Notes: generated by a model from the letters alone, not told the origin. Shown: positions 28,201-43,200, numbered from the stretch's first letter. The stretch is 64,000 nt of DNA from Tubulanus polymorphus (GCF_964204645.1 NC_134028.1:1860001-1924000), one strand, 5' to 3'. A program made the numbers and translations.

Positions 28201-31200
28201 GTTCCGATTTTTGCCAAGCAGACGTCTCCGCGACGACGTTACTATTCGCATTACCGTCGGTTAGTTTCCACGATATTTTCGTCGGGCTCGGGCTTCGCGG
28301 GTCCGGTTTCCAGTCGGGTTTTTTTAGTATGGATGGACTCTGCGGGCGTCGAGTGATCTCCGAACCGGATCGTTGTCGATTCCACGGCGTCGTTCCTTCG
28401 TGTATCGTCGTCAGTTTTCCGATACTCGGAGATTTTTGCGGAGAAGGCGGAGGTGTCGGAAGCGGCTGCTGTTTCGTCGTCGTTGACGATGAGTCGTCAT
28501 TTTCTTTGTTATCTTCGTTTTCATCGAACGTTTCCTTTAACCGCTCCTGCTGACGTAAAAACATTGCTTTCCCTTTCGACATCGCCTGAGCGTTATTATC
28601 TAGAGAAAATTCACAAAAACTGAAAACAATTTGCAGTGACTTTGTGACATTATATCATGCGTAAATATAGTGATTGTGTCGCTGCTGTGTCCTGAATGAT
28701 AAGTTCAAGTTAGTCTGCATTTTTATCTATCCCTTAGGTAGCCAGGAGAAAGTTGCTTGAAAGTTAGAGTTATCAGTGGATAGTTGACATAGTGACAATT
28801 AAAAGTTCGTGACTAACTAATCATTCACTAACTTTTGAGCAACTGGCCCCGGTCTTTGTGAAATATTGGCCAAGTACAATATACCTATAGGGGTAACATC
28901 ACAGTACATCATATGAGACGTCAAGCTCAAGCTGTTAACTGAAGTCAAAAGCCTCTGCTATTTCATATCCGAGATGATATGAGAGAACAATAGGAGTGAC
29001 ATCCGTGCAATACCTATATAGGGAAACTGTACCTCATGGGGCATGTCTTCAGTTCCTAATCCTGTTCTATGACATTCACGTATGATCATCTCGATAATAT
29101 TATTCAAATCAGTTTTTTTCCCGATAATTCAGGATTTAATAGACCAGTAGAACAGTCAGTGCATTGAATTCCATTGCACTAGATACTGGATGGTTTCAAT
29201 ACATACATATAAGTGGTATGATACATCTCTAGTGGAAGTACTTGATTTAGTTTAGTATGATTGTCCTGTGGGACAATTGAATAAACGCAACTGGAATATT
29301 GCCAATGTGTGTATCCACAATTAACATCGAATAAAACTTACTGTTGATATATCATTAGACCACTGATTAGATCTAACAGTAATTATACATCATTATCAGT
29401 CCCAATAGGTAGAATAGCGTTACAGATGAGGTTAAAATGCCACAACTTGTCCTCATCATATATGAATTTGGGTGAATGCCCAGAGTCATGTAAATATGAT
29501 ACTCGTCAAAGCAATTAGCTCTGCGGATCTAGTATTTAGTTTTGCTCCTGGTTCCACAAGGTAAAACTATTTGAGATAAGTAAATAATTTACTGTTTGAT
29601 AGTTAAAGTAAAAGTAGTGAAAGCTGAACAAAGATTGAATCCTTGAATACAATATTAAATGAAATACTTCACACTGTCGCGCTAGTTAGCCAAATTAGGT
29701 ACAACTAGACCATAAGATAAGGACGTATAAATTAGATTTGAAGGTTCTCATTTTAGTCCATTCTCCGATGCACCAAGCCTTCGCACTAGCGAAAAGCCTG
29801 TATTAAGTCCATTCCATTTTAGTACAGACAAATTCGTACTGACCAAAAAGACTGACCCAAGCCATTCTAAATCTTAGAAAGGACCTTTTCTCAGTGCCAA
29901 ATTAGAACCGATTTACTAGCAATACTGTGAATGCAGTTATCATCCCTATCCAGTTCATACGTGCTTAAACTTAGGCTTCCTAGTTAATTGATGAATCAAC
30001 CCTAGGGGTTTTAAGTTAAAACAAATCAATAAGTTCTATCAGCTCATTAACACTTCACCACTGGATACAGCAAGGTTAAAACCACTGGATTACAAAATGT
30101 TGAGGGGTTAAGGGCCTTTCGTACTAAAACTATGAATAATTTCACATTCACCGAACAGTTAACTAGGTTCATCTTTATTTATATATAGATTCAAGAGGTA
30201 AGTGTTCTAGCTCAAGGCCAAGGTTACATGATCATTTCTCTCTATGAAGAAAGTGAAGTTTAAAAATGTGAATACATAAATATTTATTTAACAATTCTTG
30301 TTCTTTTGGTTGTGAGGGTTCACGGAGACACGTGTTATCAAAAATAATAATCATATATGTAACCCTAAACCTAATTCAAATTTCCATTAAGCATATTGTA
30401 CTGATTGACTGTTCATATAGTTTGTGCTTGCAGTTGTAAATATTCTATTCTGAGTAGAAGCGAGGTAAGCAGTGTTCTCATCATCATCATTTTCGTGTAA
30501 ATCATACATGTATAGGAATCTACTATTTTGTGAAGCCGTAATCCGCATATAATTATGACGGTAAGGTTAACGGTTGATGTTGTAATCATAGTTAAAGCTC
30601 GTGTAATCGCGCAGGGTATGATTACGCTCGGATTAAAGCACGCTATAAATTTTACCGCCTCTGGGCCAGAGTTTAGTGACATGAGATTCAGCAGTGAGGT
30701 AGTGAGGCCCGTCGACATTTTCACCGGACGATGAATCTGCTAGATCTTCCTCTTCTATCAGACAAACGAAATCAATCAATCAATCAATTATTCATATCAT
30801 TGAACACTCAAAACGTACATATTATTTTATATCTGATTGTTCAAGTACAAACCATGTCAAATATCTAATTTGGAAACAGCATAGTAATCTTAAGACAGTT
30901 GAGTGTACATACTGTTTTTTAACCCTTTCAGTGCATCTACACCACAGTGCAGCGTATAAATCAGTGATGACTTTGCTAATACATCGCATTGAGGTGTATT
31001 TTGTAAAATCTTCAAATTACCTCCAGCGCTTTCAGCTAAGAAACTACCAGCATTGAAAGGCTTCATAGATTAGCCCTTTGGAAGGATTACCTATTTTGAA
31101 GATTTTTAAGTGGAAAAACTTTCCTGGCCTCAGGGTCTTCTTTGCATGAAAGAATATTCCAAAAATCACATGAGAGAATAAGAATCTTACCTTTAGCCAT

Positions 31201-34200
31201 CAGTGAATCGAGTTGTATTGTCATACCGGACGAGGCAATAGAGGGCGACTTGGAGGAACGTTGAGATGTCGTTTCTGAGTTCAGTTCACCAGAATTATTA
31301 TTCACGCCGAACGACACAGGTTTATACGACTTCGAAATATTTCCTAAAAGACAAGAAATTTTAGAATAAGTTTGAAAGGTACAAATCACAATATTTCACA
31401 GTTGGATTTTTTCACTTTTTAATTTCCACTACGATTATGCAGCACCTTGGTATCAGATAATTTTTCAAGCTGTTCGATAAACTTTTTCTCAATTGCTTAT
31501 ATATTTTTACGTTATAGACAGTTTAGATTTCTTCGCAAATTAGAATGAATCACTTGATTTTAGAATAATTAATCTCAAGATCTCATGCAAAAAATGAAAT
31601 GAAAATCAAAACTGTAACGCATATATTTTCTTATTGTTAAAATTCGATGACAAAATTCAGGCCTTGATGAGTTACGTACATGACTTTACACATGAAAACT
31701 AAAAAAATGCAGAAATGGGACAGACAAAAATTAATTTCATAAGTAGAAAAATTTAAAAAGTCATTCCGTCACTGCTTTTGTTCACTTGAAAATACAAAAT
31801 GAAAATAGGTTAAAACAAAAAAAAAAACATCCCATTCCATATCAATGGCAACTATTTTTTCAGCCTATTGACCTATTCAGTTCATTCAGAAATATAACCG
31901 ATTATTTAGATAATGCTCTTGTTTCCCACATAAAAACTATCGTAATATTGTCGTTGTACAATTAATCATCGTATATAGTACTATAGCAATTATCTGACAT
32001 CATTCAAGAGAGAACGTTGATTATCAACATTAACCATGAAAATGTATGTCATCGTAGATCACTTTAAAAACGTAGTAATTTGACATTCATTCCGCTCGAA
32101 ACAAGTCAAATTTCAATCGAATGTTAATTCTCGTTATTCAATCTGATTTGCGCATGCTGTTGAAGAGTACGGGGTTAATTTTGGTAACGAATACATGCTT
32201 AAAAAACGACGAACTGCGTCATCTAGAAACAGACCAAACGATGGCGTCCAAATTCGATTACTGGGCGTTGGCTTGGACGAGAACGAGGCCGGGAGACTTT
32301 CGACGGAATCGGAGCGAGTCAGGCCGTTGATGGTAATACCGCTAGGTGGCGCTGCCGTGTCGCAGCTGTTATTACGAGTGATAAAACGTTGGCGTGTTAC
32401 GGGTTCAGGAGTCGGTGTAATGCAGCGACGTCTGCTCGGTGGCAAACGCGTTATTTGATACGAGAATGAACCTGTTCGAGATCAAAGAAAACAACACATA
32501 TTCCATTAATATCTGAACTCATTTACGCCTATACGATAATGCGTATTAAAGTCGTAAGGGGTTAGGCATTTATCCTTGTATGATTTTTCAGATTTCAAAT
32601 TTTCAAGAATTTCATTTCTAAACATGATCTCAATACGGATATTTCTTTTTACGCGATTCAAAAAAACAAATCAAAACGGTTTGATATCTATCTGAATAAT
32701 CATCATGACAGGGGCTAGCCAACCGTAGAGAAACACGCAGCCCAGATCCGACTGTTACATTATGCCTGATTTGTTTCCCTCGCCCGCAGTACATCATCAG
32801 CTAAATGAAAGCTATTTAATCATGATTAATTTTCATCAGTTTCGATCTCGTGCAATAAAAACACTGAATGAGAGTTAAAAGTCTTGGTTGTTACTGCCGT
32901 ATGTTCACGTGTGTTACTTGTGCACTGAATAACAAGGTAAAGGAGAAAAATGCTTATTATGCTTTAATTAATTATACATTGATATGAAATACAAAGCCTG
33001 AAACATGAGCTGAGGTCGTTAATTAATTCACTTTCATTATTCAATGTCTATTAAGAATGCCTATATAGGTATATACAATACACAAGGAAGTGAATCTATA
33101 AACAAAGAGGCCAAAATAAGGTATGGCTGCCTGAATACTTGATATGTCTTACCCAGGTAAGATACAAGGACTTCATCAGGCCTACTGATAAATAGCCTAA
33201 CTGGACAATCTAAGGCAAGATCCACTTTGGTAAAAGTTATTTGTTTTGGAATATAACATAATGAAAGTGAATTATTCAATAATATTATTTACAATGTCAG
33301 ATTTTTCAAGTTGCCCAACATTTTGCTTTCATTTTCAAGTCACATACATTACAAATGACCGTATTTGTAGGTGTGACATTGATGGTCCCCAGTGATTGAT
33401 AAGCCTTGGAATACATCTTGCAGAAATTATTTTGACAGGATAATTGCTCAAAGATTGTGCAAATGTGAAATGCTGGGCAGCTTAAATGGGACATTCAACA
33501 CTATTAATACTAATAACAGAACACTGAGGGTATGGGAACAATCCTTACTCTGCTGTTGCCCCTCAAAATGTCGCGCCCTTCTCGCCAGGCGGCGAGCTTG
33601 TCCTGCATGAAACAAATTATGAAAAAATTTGTGACATTAAATCAGTGAAATCATTCAATTCGCTCTAAATTGAGGTGAAGATTCAAACATGTTTGCAGTG
33701 AATTAGTAAAGCAAAAGCATTAATCTTAATATCTCAAGATTCAGGTTTGAGCTCATATTTGGAACTGGGCCATAGTCTAGACTTCAGACAAGTTGAACTA
33801 TAAAGATTTCTTAATTCATCTATAGATAAATTAGAAATGAATATTAACTGCATAACCTGCGGCAGGGAATGAACTTCTGAACCGCGATATTTCATTAACT
33901 TTTACGATGGCATTTTATTCTTGTAGATGGAATATTTACAACTATACGAACGCATAGCACATGGTCGTTACAAGATTCCACCGAATACTATAAACCGGTT
34001 ATAGGTGGTTTTAACCGGTACGACGACGCCATGCTGAAGCTTCAGGAGAGAGCACATGGGGTAACGCACACACATATACAAGACCTACTCTCGCTAGCCG
34101 ACAGGCGCGGGGGCGGCGGCTGCTGCTGCGTCGGTTGGAGGTGAAACCGAGCGGTACCGCTGCTGAAATGTTGCCACTGTTGCGGGGCTGTGAGAGGCAC

Positions 34201-37200
34201 GAATAAAATAAAGATTATTCATACGCTTATATATAAAATATATGAGAGAAAACTGCATTCCATAAGCCTGATACAGATACTGAACAGACAGACAGTGCGT
34301 GATTCTATATAAAATTCACTTATTGGCTTATTGTCAATACGCATCAAACAGCTTGGCTTTATTAGATATTCTATTATGTGGTCTTTGGTAAAAATTGCGC
34401 GCTGTCCATCTGTAAGACTGTATTCAAGGCATGAATGAACTGGAAAGAATTCAACAGATTATAAATCTGAAACCTGACGAATTGAGACATAAATCTTTTT
34501 GATTTGAATGTTTTAGATTTAACGGAATTTGCTGGTCATTTCATCAGGTTTCATGAAAAAGTGTCTGAAAAATGTGACGAAATGCCCAAACAGAAAGTGT
34601 TGAATAATGGAATAAAACATAACCTTAACGAATTCAATGACAAAACTAGTGATATGAGAGCTTTGTGAATTGTGCAAACCAGGCAGGTAGTAGAACTTCC
34701 ACCACCTTCCTGATTATGATGATTCACTTCCAGATATTGAAACAGATAATGAAACTAATGCGAACCTTTGCTATCACTTTGGTAGCCGTCGTTTAGATCG
34801 GTCACCGGCTGACTGCTCCTCATATTGATGCTAGTACTACTTTGATACATGTTATCTTCTTCCTCTTGTTTTTGTGCGTTGTTCTGTTTAGTTTTAGTTA
34901 CCAGTGGTTGCTTCGCGGGTTGCGTCCCCGCTGTCTTCTTCGTCGCTAATCTACGATTGTTATCGACATGATGAATGTCTTCACCTCTACAGAAAATATG
35001 AAAAGCAGAATATGAATTTTCAGTGTGATTCATCAAAATAGCGGTCTCTTCTGAAAACGGTGTCCCATTGATTTCAAATGCCAGTTATTCAAAATATCTA
35101 TGCAGATGGAATTTCTTGTATTGTAAATTCATCATGCTGGGCCTGCTATTTCTTCTATTTGTGACACAATATTTAACGATATAGAATTGATTTCAACATT
35201 GATGACGGCAAGATCTAAAGACAGCAAAAGAAAACAATGCATGCAAAAATGCAAAAAAAAAGTTGAAGAATGATAAACAGAGTGATTAACAAAAAGGTGT
35301 TTATATGAAATAGCCGAAATTGGGCTTTAACTGAATTTTCGATAACTTTCTTAGAATCATCAACCAGATCTATAAGGGCTTCCAGCAGACCTAGCTTAGT
35401 ATGAAGGAAAATCCAATAAAACTGATGAATACAGTGTGAATGAGAGTTGGCCAGACTGGACGCAGCATGATTGTACTGCATATAACCCCAACTGAACAAT
35501 CTAATCTCCACAATATACGAAATAATTACAAAACATGCTTCATGTAGACCTCCCAAAGATCACTTCCTCTGCCCGCAGTCGGTCCTTATCATAATTACTT
35601 ATGAATTGGTTCGAGAAAACACTGACCACCTATGGAGCTCGTCACATATGAAAAGATTTACCCAGAGCAAAAAACCATCGATAACGAAAAAGAATCACTA
35701 TTCAAATGAAAGAACATGAATATGTCATCTTTCAGGGGTTCAAGACAACATCTAGAATGTGAACAGTGTTGTTTGTATAGCCTACATCAATCTTTATTCG
35801 AGAAAATGTCTACTTTTCAGCTAGGTCTACGATATTCACAATATTTTAGGTGATAACCTGACTTTCAAGTGTAATAATCATACAAAAGTCAAACTTAGAT
35901 GAAAATGTAGACCTTCGCGATATTTCATTCAAATAAAGAAAGAAAACAGAACATTCAGATTGATTTCACTAATGTAGACATCAATTTGTACCTTACCTAC
36001 GGCTACAACAGCCCGTTTTATTCCCCATCGTCGTTGATTCAGTTAGCTTTTCATAAAGAGATCATTCAAGACTTAATCACAATGAGCACGAAATCCTGAA
36101 AACTGTGAAATGTTTCGTTTTCTAACGTATCCAATTCGAAATCAACTAATCCAAAAAAACTGAATCCCGAGTTCTTGTGCATGCGTGGTGTGCTTGTAAT
36201 GGTCAGCATATAGATGTAAAATACCGAAAGAAATAAAAATCGGTGTAAATGCCCTAAATGTCAACAACCATCTTAGGAAAACATGAACTTGAACTTCCGC
36301 ATAAAAATTCTCTACACTTCAAGGCGATGTTAATGAGCGATGCCCTGAAAGCGGATATCGCATCTACAAACCAGTATTATCATGGCTTAGCACTTCCGGC
36401 AAAATATCTATCAGCCATCGAGTCAATTTTTTCCAACTTTACACGAGCACCCGTGAGGTTTCTATGTATTCCACTAACACACTCGCGACGACAGTGACCC
36501 TCGCACCAGTAACACCCAACTCAACTATAGACATGTTTTTACCATATGAAATACCACAGCATTGACACAATTCATCGTATAAATGACTGACAGCAACCAC
36601 ATGTTCATAACGATTAAGTTTGATTAGTTATCATCATCAAACTCCGATAACTACATAACCGGGCAAGATACAATTTCATACCCCAAATATCTATTACACT
36701 AACTGCAGTACAGTAAGAGAGAGAGCGTGCTGCCGAGAACTGATTATTATATGAATTAATGAGCTGTTTGAATTTCGTAAGATTAATCTGAATTAAACCC
36801 TTGAGCGATCATTTACCAGTGGAAACCAGACTTTACATTGTCTGAAAGTAGCGGATTGTGTCTGATTAGTACAGATTAATGATATTAATGCCTCTCTTCA
36901 ACGGAAATTTCTAATGGGACTGAGGAAAAAACTGCAGAAAGAGATTTCGAGAGATGATCGAGAGACATTGTTAATACCCACTTCATGACAAAAATGTACA
37001 GAAGTTTCAGTTAAAACTCGTGATAGAGAATTCTTGCTTTTATACGTTCCGGAAACATGTAAAATCTCCACACCTCTTCCAGGCAGAACTTCATCATAAA
37101 ATTCTTGGCGCAACAAATGTTCTTTACGAGACGAGAAGATACACAATATCCGTGTAAGAAGATAACAAGAGAAATCCCACAATAAGTTCAGCCAAAACGA

Positions 37201-40200
37201 GAAACTTGAATAGAAGAGTTATATATATTTGCGCAACGTTTCGGCTAAAGACTATTAGCCATCATCAGGCGTACTGATGATGGCTAATTCAGCTAGTTCC
37301 ATACATACATTCATCTGCTTCACATACAAAATAAATCTAGCTGTTTTTTTTACCTCGGCACCGATATTACATCCCTGGAAAGCATGTGTTGATGATTTAG
37401 GCGGAAACTTATTTTTATCACTAGCCCCACATTTTCAGGGGGGTCATTGTGCAACATGCCCATGGATACAATTCTTAATCAAAAATGAAAACTCATCAAA
37501 AGCAGCAGAATTCATTTAAGTTCAACTTCATATAGTACAATCCATTACTAGATGTAAATTTATAATTCAAGACTCAAACACCCAGGATAGGTTTCATAGG
37601 CTGTATAAGGAGAAATCATTGATCTCAGTTAGAAAACATTACGGAAATTAACTTTGAAATGCATCCAGGAATCAAACTTGATATGACCCAGAAACCAGCC
37701 CTCCATTCTTGAAGAAGGATGTTTGTACATATTCATAGTGGATTCGATCTTGTCGAGCAATTAGTCAGAATTAGCGGAATTTAAGCAATGCTAATGATAA
37801 AAGCCGATCCTACCTTTTCAGTTCTAGTTCCAGTGTATTTCCAGCAGATTTTATCTGTTTCTGAGCGGCGATTAATGATAATCCTTCAGTGTTCTCTCTG
37901 TTTATCAGATGTACCACATCCCCGACTTGTATGCCCTCTCTGTACGCCTTACTGTTTGGATTCACCTGCAAAACATTAATATATCAATGAAAACCAATAA
38001 GAAATGTTGTACCAAACACTAGACCGCGTGTAGATATAAAATCTAACGAGCTGGGAATATCTTGTTCCTTCAAATCCACAGATGAGACTAGAGGTTTATT
38101 ACAACTAAAACTACCTCCTTAAAATGATCTGTTTTTTCTCGGCGAAGTTCATGATGAACATGAAAACGTTGATTAGATGAAATTGGTATGATACAAATCT
38201 TTGTCAAAGGTCACAGACAAAGACGGGATCTTCACTGATCGAACTAAGATATGTCAATCGCTAATACCTAATACCGCGTTAGTTAATGATGTGTCATCAA
38301 GGAATTTTTTCTCGAAGAAACCATTACAGAATAATTATCTCGCGATGTCAATCAAATACTTATAAAAAATCCTGTTCTGTGGTTGTTTCATATATCGAGC
38401 CATTTATGAGGTGTTTCTATAAGCGCTGTTCATTAGTAAATATATTGTGGTTAATGTCATTTTTAGATAGCTATCTAAAATCCATTTGCGGTTTTCAACG
38501 AGGCTTCATTAATCAACTTCAATCAACCCTCGTATGGCCACGACAATTTTTTTAAGCAATAAGCCTACATGCACAGAAAAACTTATTCGTACCTAAAAGT
38601 AAAAGTGATAATGCATATCGATAAATTCAGCGAAATGAACGCGTTATCAATATTTTAACAAGGAAAGATCAAAGTTTATTTGATTAGTTTATTTCTAGTA
38701 TGTAGGAACGTTGAAATAAGTTTATATTTAGCTATGAAAACAATAACAAAATGTTGAGCTAGGTACGAAAAAAAACCCCTATGCCGGAAGTTTCTCATCA
38801 ACTGCGCACTTCACAATAGACTAAGTACTGATTGTTTTCCTTCCTTGGTTATCGTTTTAAGCACCGACATCAGAAATCTATTTGAAAGGGTTCAGAATTA
38901 AAGACAATGAATTTTACATCATGAAACCCCTAGCAAAAAACCACACAGTCTAACACACTTAATCTGGAGCAGCTTAATCCAGATTTTGGTCTAATCCGGA
39001 CAATATTTGCGGTCCATTTGTTCATTATAGAAAATGACTTTTAATCCAGATTTCCCATAAACCGGATGAATTTCGTTGGTCCCAAATGATCCGAATTTAG
39101 CGGATTCCAGGCATGTACTAATACTAAAGCCATAGATTTTAACCTAGCAAATGAAGGTGGACACTTGAGGAAGGATTCCAAGTATCCACCTTCATGGAAA
39201 TAAAAGAATACCTGTGACATCCGTGCATAACGAGCCAGAATTCCATCAGACGGTATCAATCCTCCAGACATTATCGGATTCACTGACCTTTACCACGTAT
39301 CCAACTAACCGAACCAATAGAGAGTTAACTGAACTGAACGATGAAGAACAGATAGAAAGCTGCTAAAATTCCACCTGAAACCCCCTGTGTTTCTACAACC
39401 TGTGTACACTAACTACCATCTGAATCAGACTTCAAAGATAAAGTGATGAAGGAAGTTAAAATTGGAACAAACGGTTGATGTCGATGAACTGGTATGAATG
39501 TGTGTTACTGATGATGATATTACAAATAAAAACCACCAAATGTGAATAAACAAAAACACAACGTTTTTTTTCCAAGCGAAAGACTACAACGTTTTCAAGA
39601 ATGAGAACGGTAAACTAACGTTCTCGTTAATGGATCTGTAATTGTTTGAGATGAAGGTATACAACAGATGAGCTGATGAAGACAAATGATAGGACGTACT
39701 ATTTGATGCCAAGACAAAGATGACCTCCAGGTGCCATAACAGTGATGCCAATGCTCCAAATCCAACAGACAATGCTCCAAACCCATGCAACAGACCATCT
39801 TCCAGAAAGCTATATTCCTACATAGTGGTTCGCAAGAGCTACCCTTATTGACTAAAAGATTGAATGATGGATTCATAAAGTTTTTTCAGCTTTCATAACC
39901 ATTAAAAACATATGGCAGAGCAAATATGAAATCAACTCACACTCACAAATATTCCGTAACTTCTCAATGACCATATTTAGCAAGATTTCAATTTATATTC
40001 ACATTTCTCCGATAATCATGTACCATTTGTCGCCTTGTACATACATGCATACATATAATCTCAGTCTTTGTCAATATCAATACAGACCACAAGTCATTTT
40101 GTGAAGTATTTACAAGACACTTGACACATCTGTCGTACGCTGAGGTCGATAATTGCCTAATGAAAAGACGAACTATTTATTACCTGGTGATTTGTTTTTT

Positions 40201-43200
40201 GCTTATCGTTCAATTGTTCTTTGCCAAGAATGAAAACCATTTAAAATTCGGAAACGAATGATGTGAAGTTGAATCTTGAAATGACCTGTTAAATTTAAGA
40301 TAAAACTTTCAGAGAATATCGCGTTATAAATTGAGATATTCCTGATACTAAAATTGGGTTGAACACTAATGATGAACTCATCAATGAACCTGTTAACCTA
40401 TCGAAGAACAACTATGTAAATCAACGTTCTGGTTTTCAGATCTCGTGAGCATCCTAAAATACCCTTCAATCACCAGCATTTGTGAAGTAAGATTTAGTCG
40501 AGCGTTTCATTGATAGATTTTTCTGATAGGTAGTCAATAATATATTCGGTCTAACAGAAAGAAAAAAAGGATTCAGTAGCACTGAAACATACAGGCCAGT
40601 TAGAAATTTATATTTACCATCCCCCTCTTCAAGTGGTGAGGGTTTGCAGAAAGATGCTGCAAGGGTTATAACCGGTGATATAAAGCTCGGTAATGTCAGA
40701 GAAGTAAATGTACATGTATATAACCATCACAGCGGTGGTTCTAGTAAGACAGAAACTGAACGAGAGCTCGTTCATGCTCCTCATGCTCCTCGGGATGAGG
40801 TGAAAAAATTTACACAACAACCACTACACCACGGTTACATACACACAGTCTAATCAATCAATCGAAAAAATTCACTGTATCCTCCCAGAAACAGATCGAA
40901 TTTACGTACTGTATTTCTGAGAATTGTGCTATTTTTCTATAGTTGTAGTCTATTTTTAGAATGACTGGTCGATCATTGAGGAGATGTATAAGATCTTTCT
41001 TGATGATACTCTTTATGAATTTCAACTTACAAATTCTTGGTCAAGTTGGATGACCAATATCTGAATTAGGAATCATATTCTGAAGCTTGCTGAAGTTCAT
41101 CTATTCTAAATTTGATCAGGCAAGACCAGAACAATTTTTGTACCAACATCTGGTTTTCATATAAGCCGCAATCACAGGGAGAGGATTTGGCCAGGATGAA
41201 ACTGGCCTCGATAACCAAGAGCTAAATTTCCCTTGCGGGAACAGCAAATTTCCTCACTGCAAACTTATGTTAACAAAAGAACCATAATGATTGGGGCAGA
41301 GACTGAAAGGGCATTAACTTATCAAACTGCAAGTTACAAAATTCGAAACATATTTTCTTACATAATCATTAGCAAAATGGCTAATGCACTTGTAGGAAGA
41401 AAGAAGGTGGTTGCGATTTGCGAGCAAAAATCTTGTTGGCGATATTAGCTTCATTTGTGAGGAAAAAACATCGGCGATTAATAGATGAAAACCACATGTT
41501 ATCGAGAATCATTAAAGCTTTAAAATCCGCATTCATTCGATTTGCCCGGTAAAAAGATAAACAATTTGCTGCACAAAACCCAGGTAGAAATTAAAAGTGG
41601 TCTCTTCATAACGAGAGTTTGAACAAGCTCAAGTAAAGGAGAGTCGTTCAATCGTAAAGAGTACTGGTTCAATTTGTTTGAGGTATACTTTGTTACCATC
41701 ATTCAATAGCACGAGAATTTCACAACATTTAAGTCTCAAATTCTAGTGGACTGAATATGAATTCAATATGTACATATCTTGTGCAAAACTGAAAACTGGC
41801 ACAACTTACAATGACGAAATGCCAAGGCTTCAATTCAAGAAATCAAAACAAAAAATGTTTCAAGTGACATAATTTCAGTAGAGAACCTCATGTTTGAGAT
41901 ATATAAAATGAATATACTTGGTTATAATGTCACAGTAAACTTGACTTCAGTAATTAACAGTGTAATTAACTAATGCTCCCCTGCCCTGTAAGTGGAAGAC
42001 TACAATAAGTAAAATTGGATTTGACGTCGCATCAAATAAGAGTCTGCAATTGAGCCCGGGAATCTCGGAAGCGTTTTAAGTATGCGTATTGATTTTTACA
42101 TCGATCGGGCCAATAAAATCAGGATCGGATTTTGCCACTGTCGAGGGAGACATGACGTCGCGGTGTTGTTGGTGGTGGTTAGTTGATGATGACAAGTCAA
42201 GGTTTTCAGCTAAATCTTCGCAGTAAGTTCGCATGTAACAACAACATCCACAGTTCAAGCGTGGGTTAGATACGAATATACAGACTATACTGAACATTAA
42301 ATCATATATACGTTTAACCTATTCTTTTATTAGTATTAGTTCTGTTAATAGAACTATTCCTACAACCTATCTAACCATCAGCTTGCATTGGGATAATTAG
42401 AAATCTAACAACATGAAAGAAAATCTAGCAACAATCTCCATCCAAAATACCTCATAACTGCCGTTATTACAGCAAAATTAACTATAGAACGTATGAAAAA
42501 TTATCTAAAATTTATAATTATTTTATCAAATTGAGCGTTCGTGTTCATAGAAAGTTCATACACGGAATCCTGCAACACATAAGAGCTCTTAACACTCACA
42601 ATAGCGAACTCGATATACTACTGCCCTCAAATATGCAAATTTTATCAAATCGTTCATTGTATTTCAAGTGTGTGATGCCTCTTTCAAAATATGACCGAAA
42701 CAATAAACGCAGATGTTACAAAAACGTGACAAAAGAACTTATAGAATGAACTACGTTAAGATGATGAATTCCGTACTCACCAGAATCTCCGAAAATTGAC
42801 AACATAAATTGAGTAGTACTAGCGATGTTCAGCCATGTTCTAGAGTAATCTACACTAAGATACAGATCCTACACTCATTGCCATGTACAATATTAATAGA
42901 TACCGACCACAAGCGAAACCGCACAACCACCAGCACCACTGACTGACAAAACCGTCCTGTCGAGATGAGAGCGGAATAACGGCTCAACATCGCAGGCCGG
43001 CGATGTCTCTGGGAGACTCTTATACTATAATCATATCAATGTAGAAAATAATTCAAGGGGTATCGCATTTCCATAGCTTGTTAACTGTGGAATGAGACAG
43101 ACTTTTCACCGAGATGTAAAATTACATGCATTCCTCGTAGCAAATAATTGAATGACTAAACTGAAAATAATTTAAAGACGTACTGGAATGAAATGAGTCC

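Noticed and set aside
33140-33182. CTGATGA followed by a hairpin on the minus strand (also CTGATGA hits near 4655, 15478 and 32790)
   Set aside because: No properly placed GAAA or paired stem II, so these are not hammerheads.
33857-33895. Possible start exon [13 protein letters not shown]
   Set aside because: The phase-0 join leads to a stop early in exon 32471.
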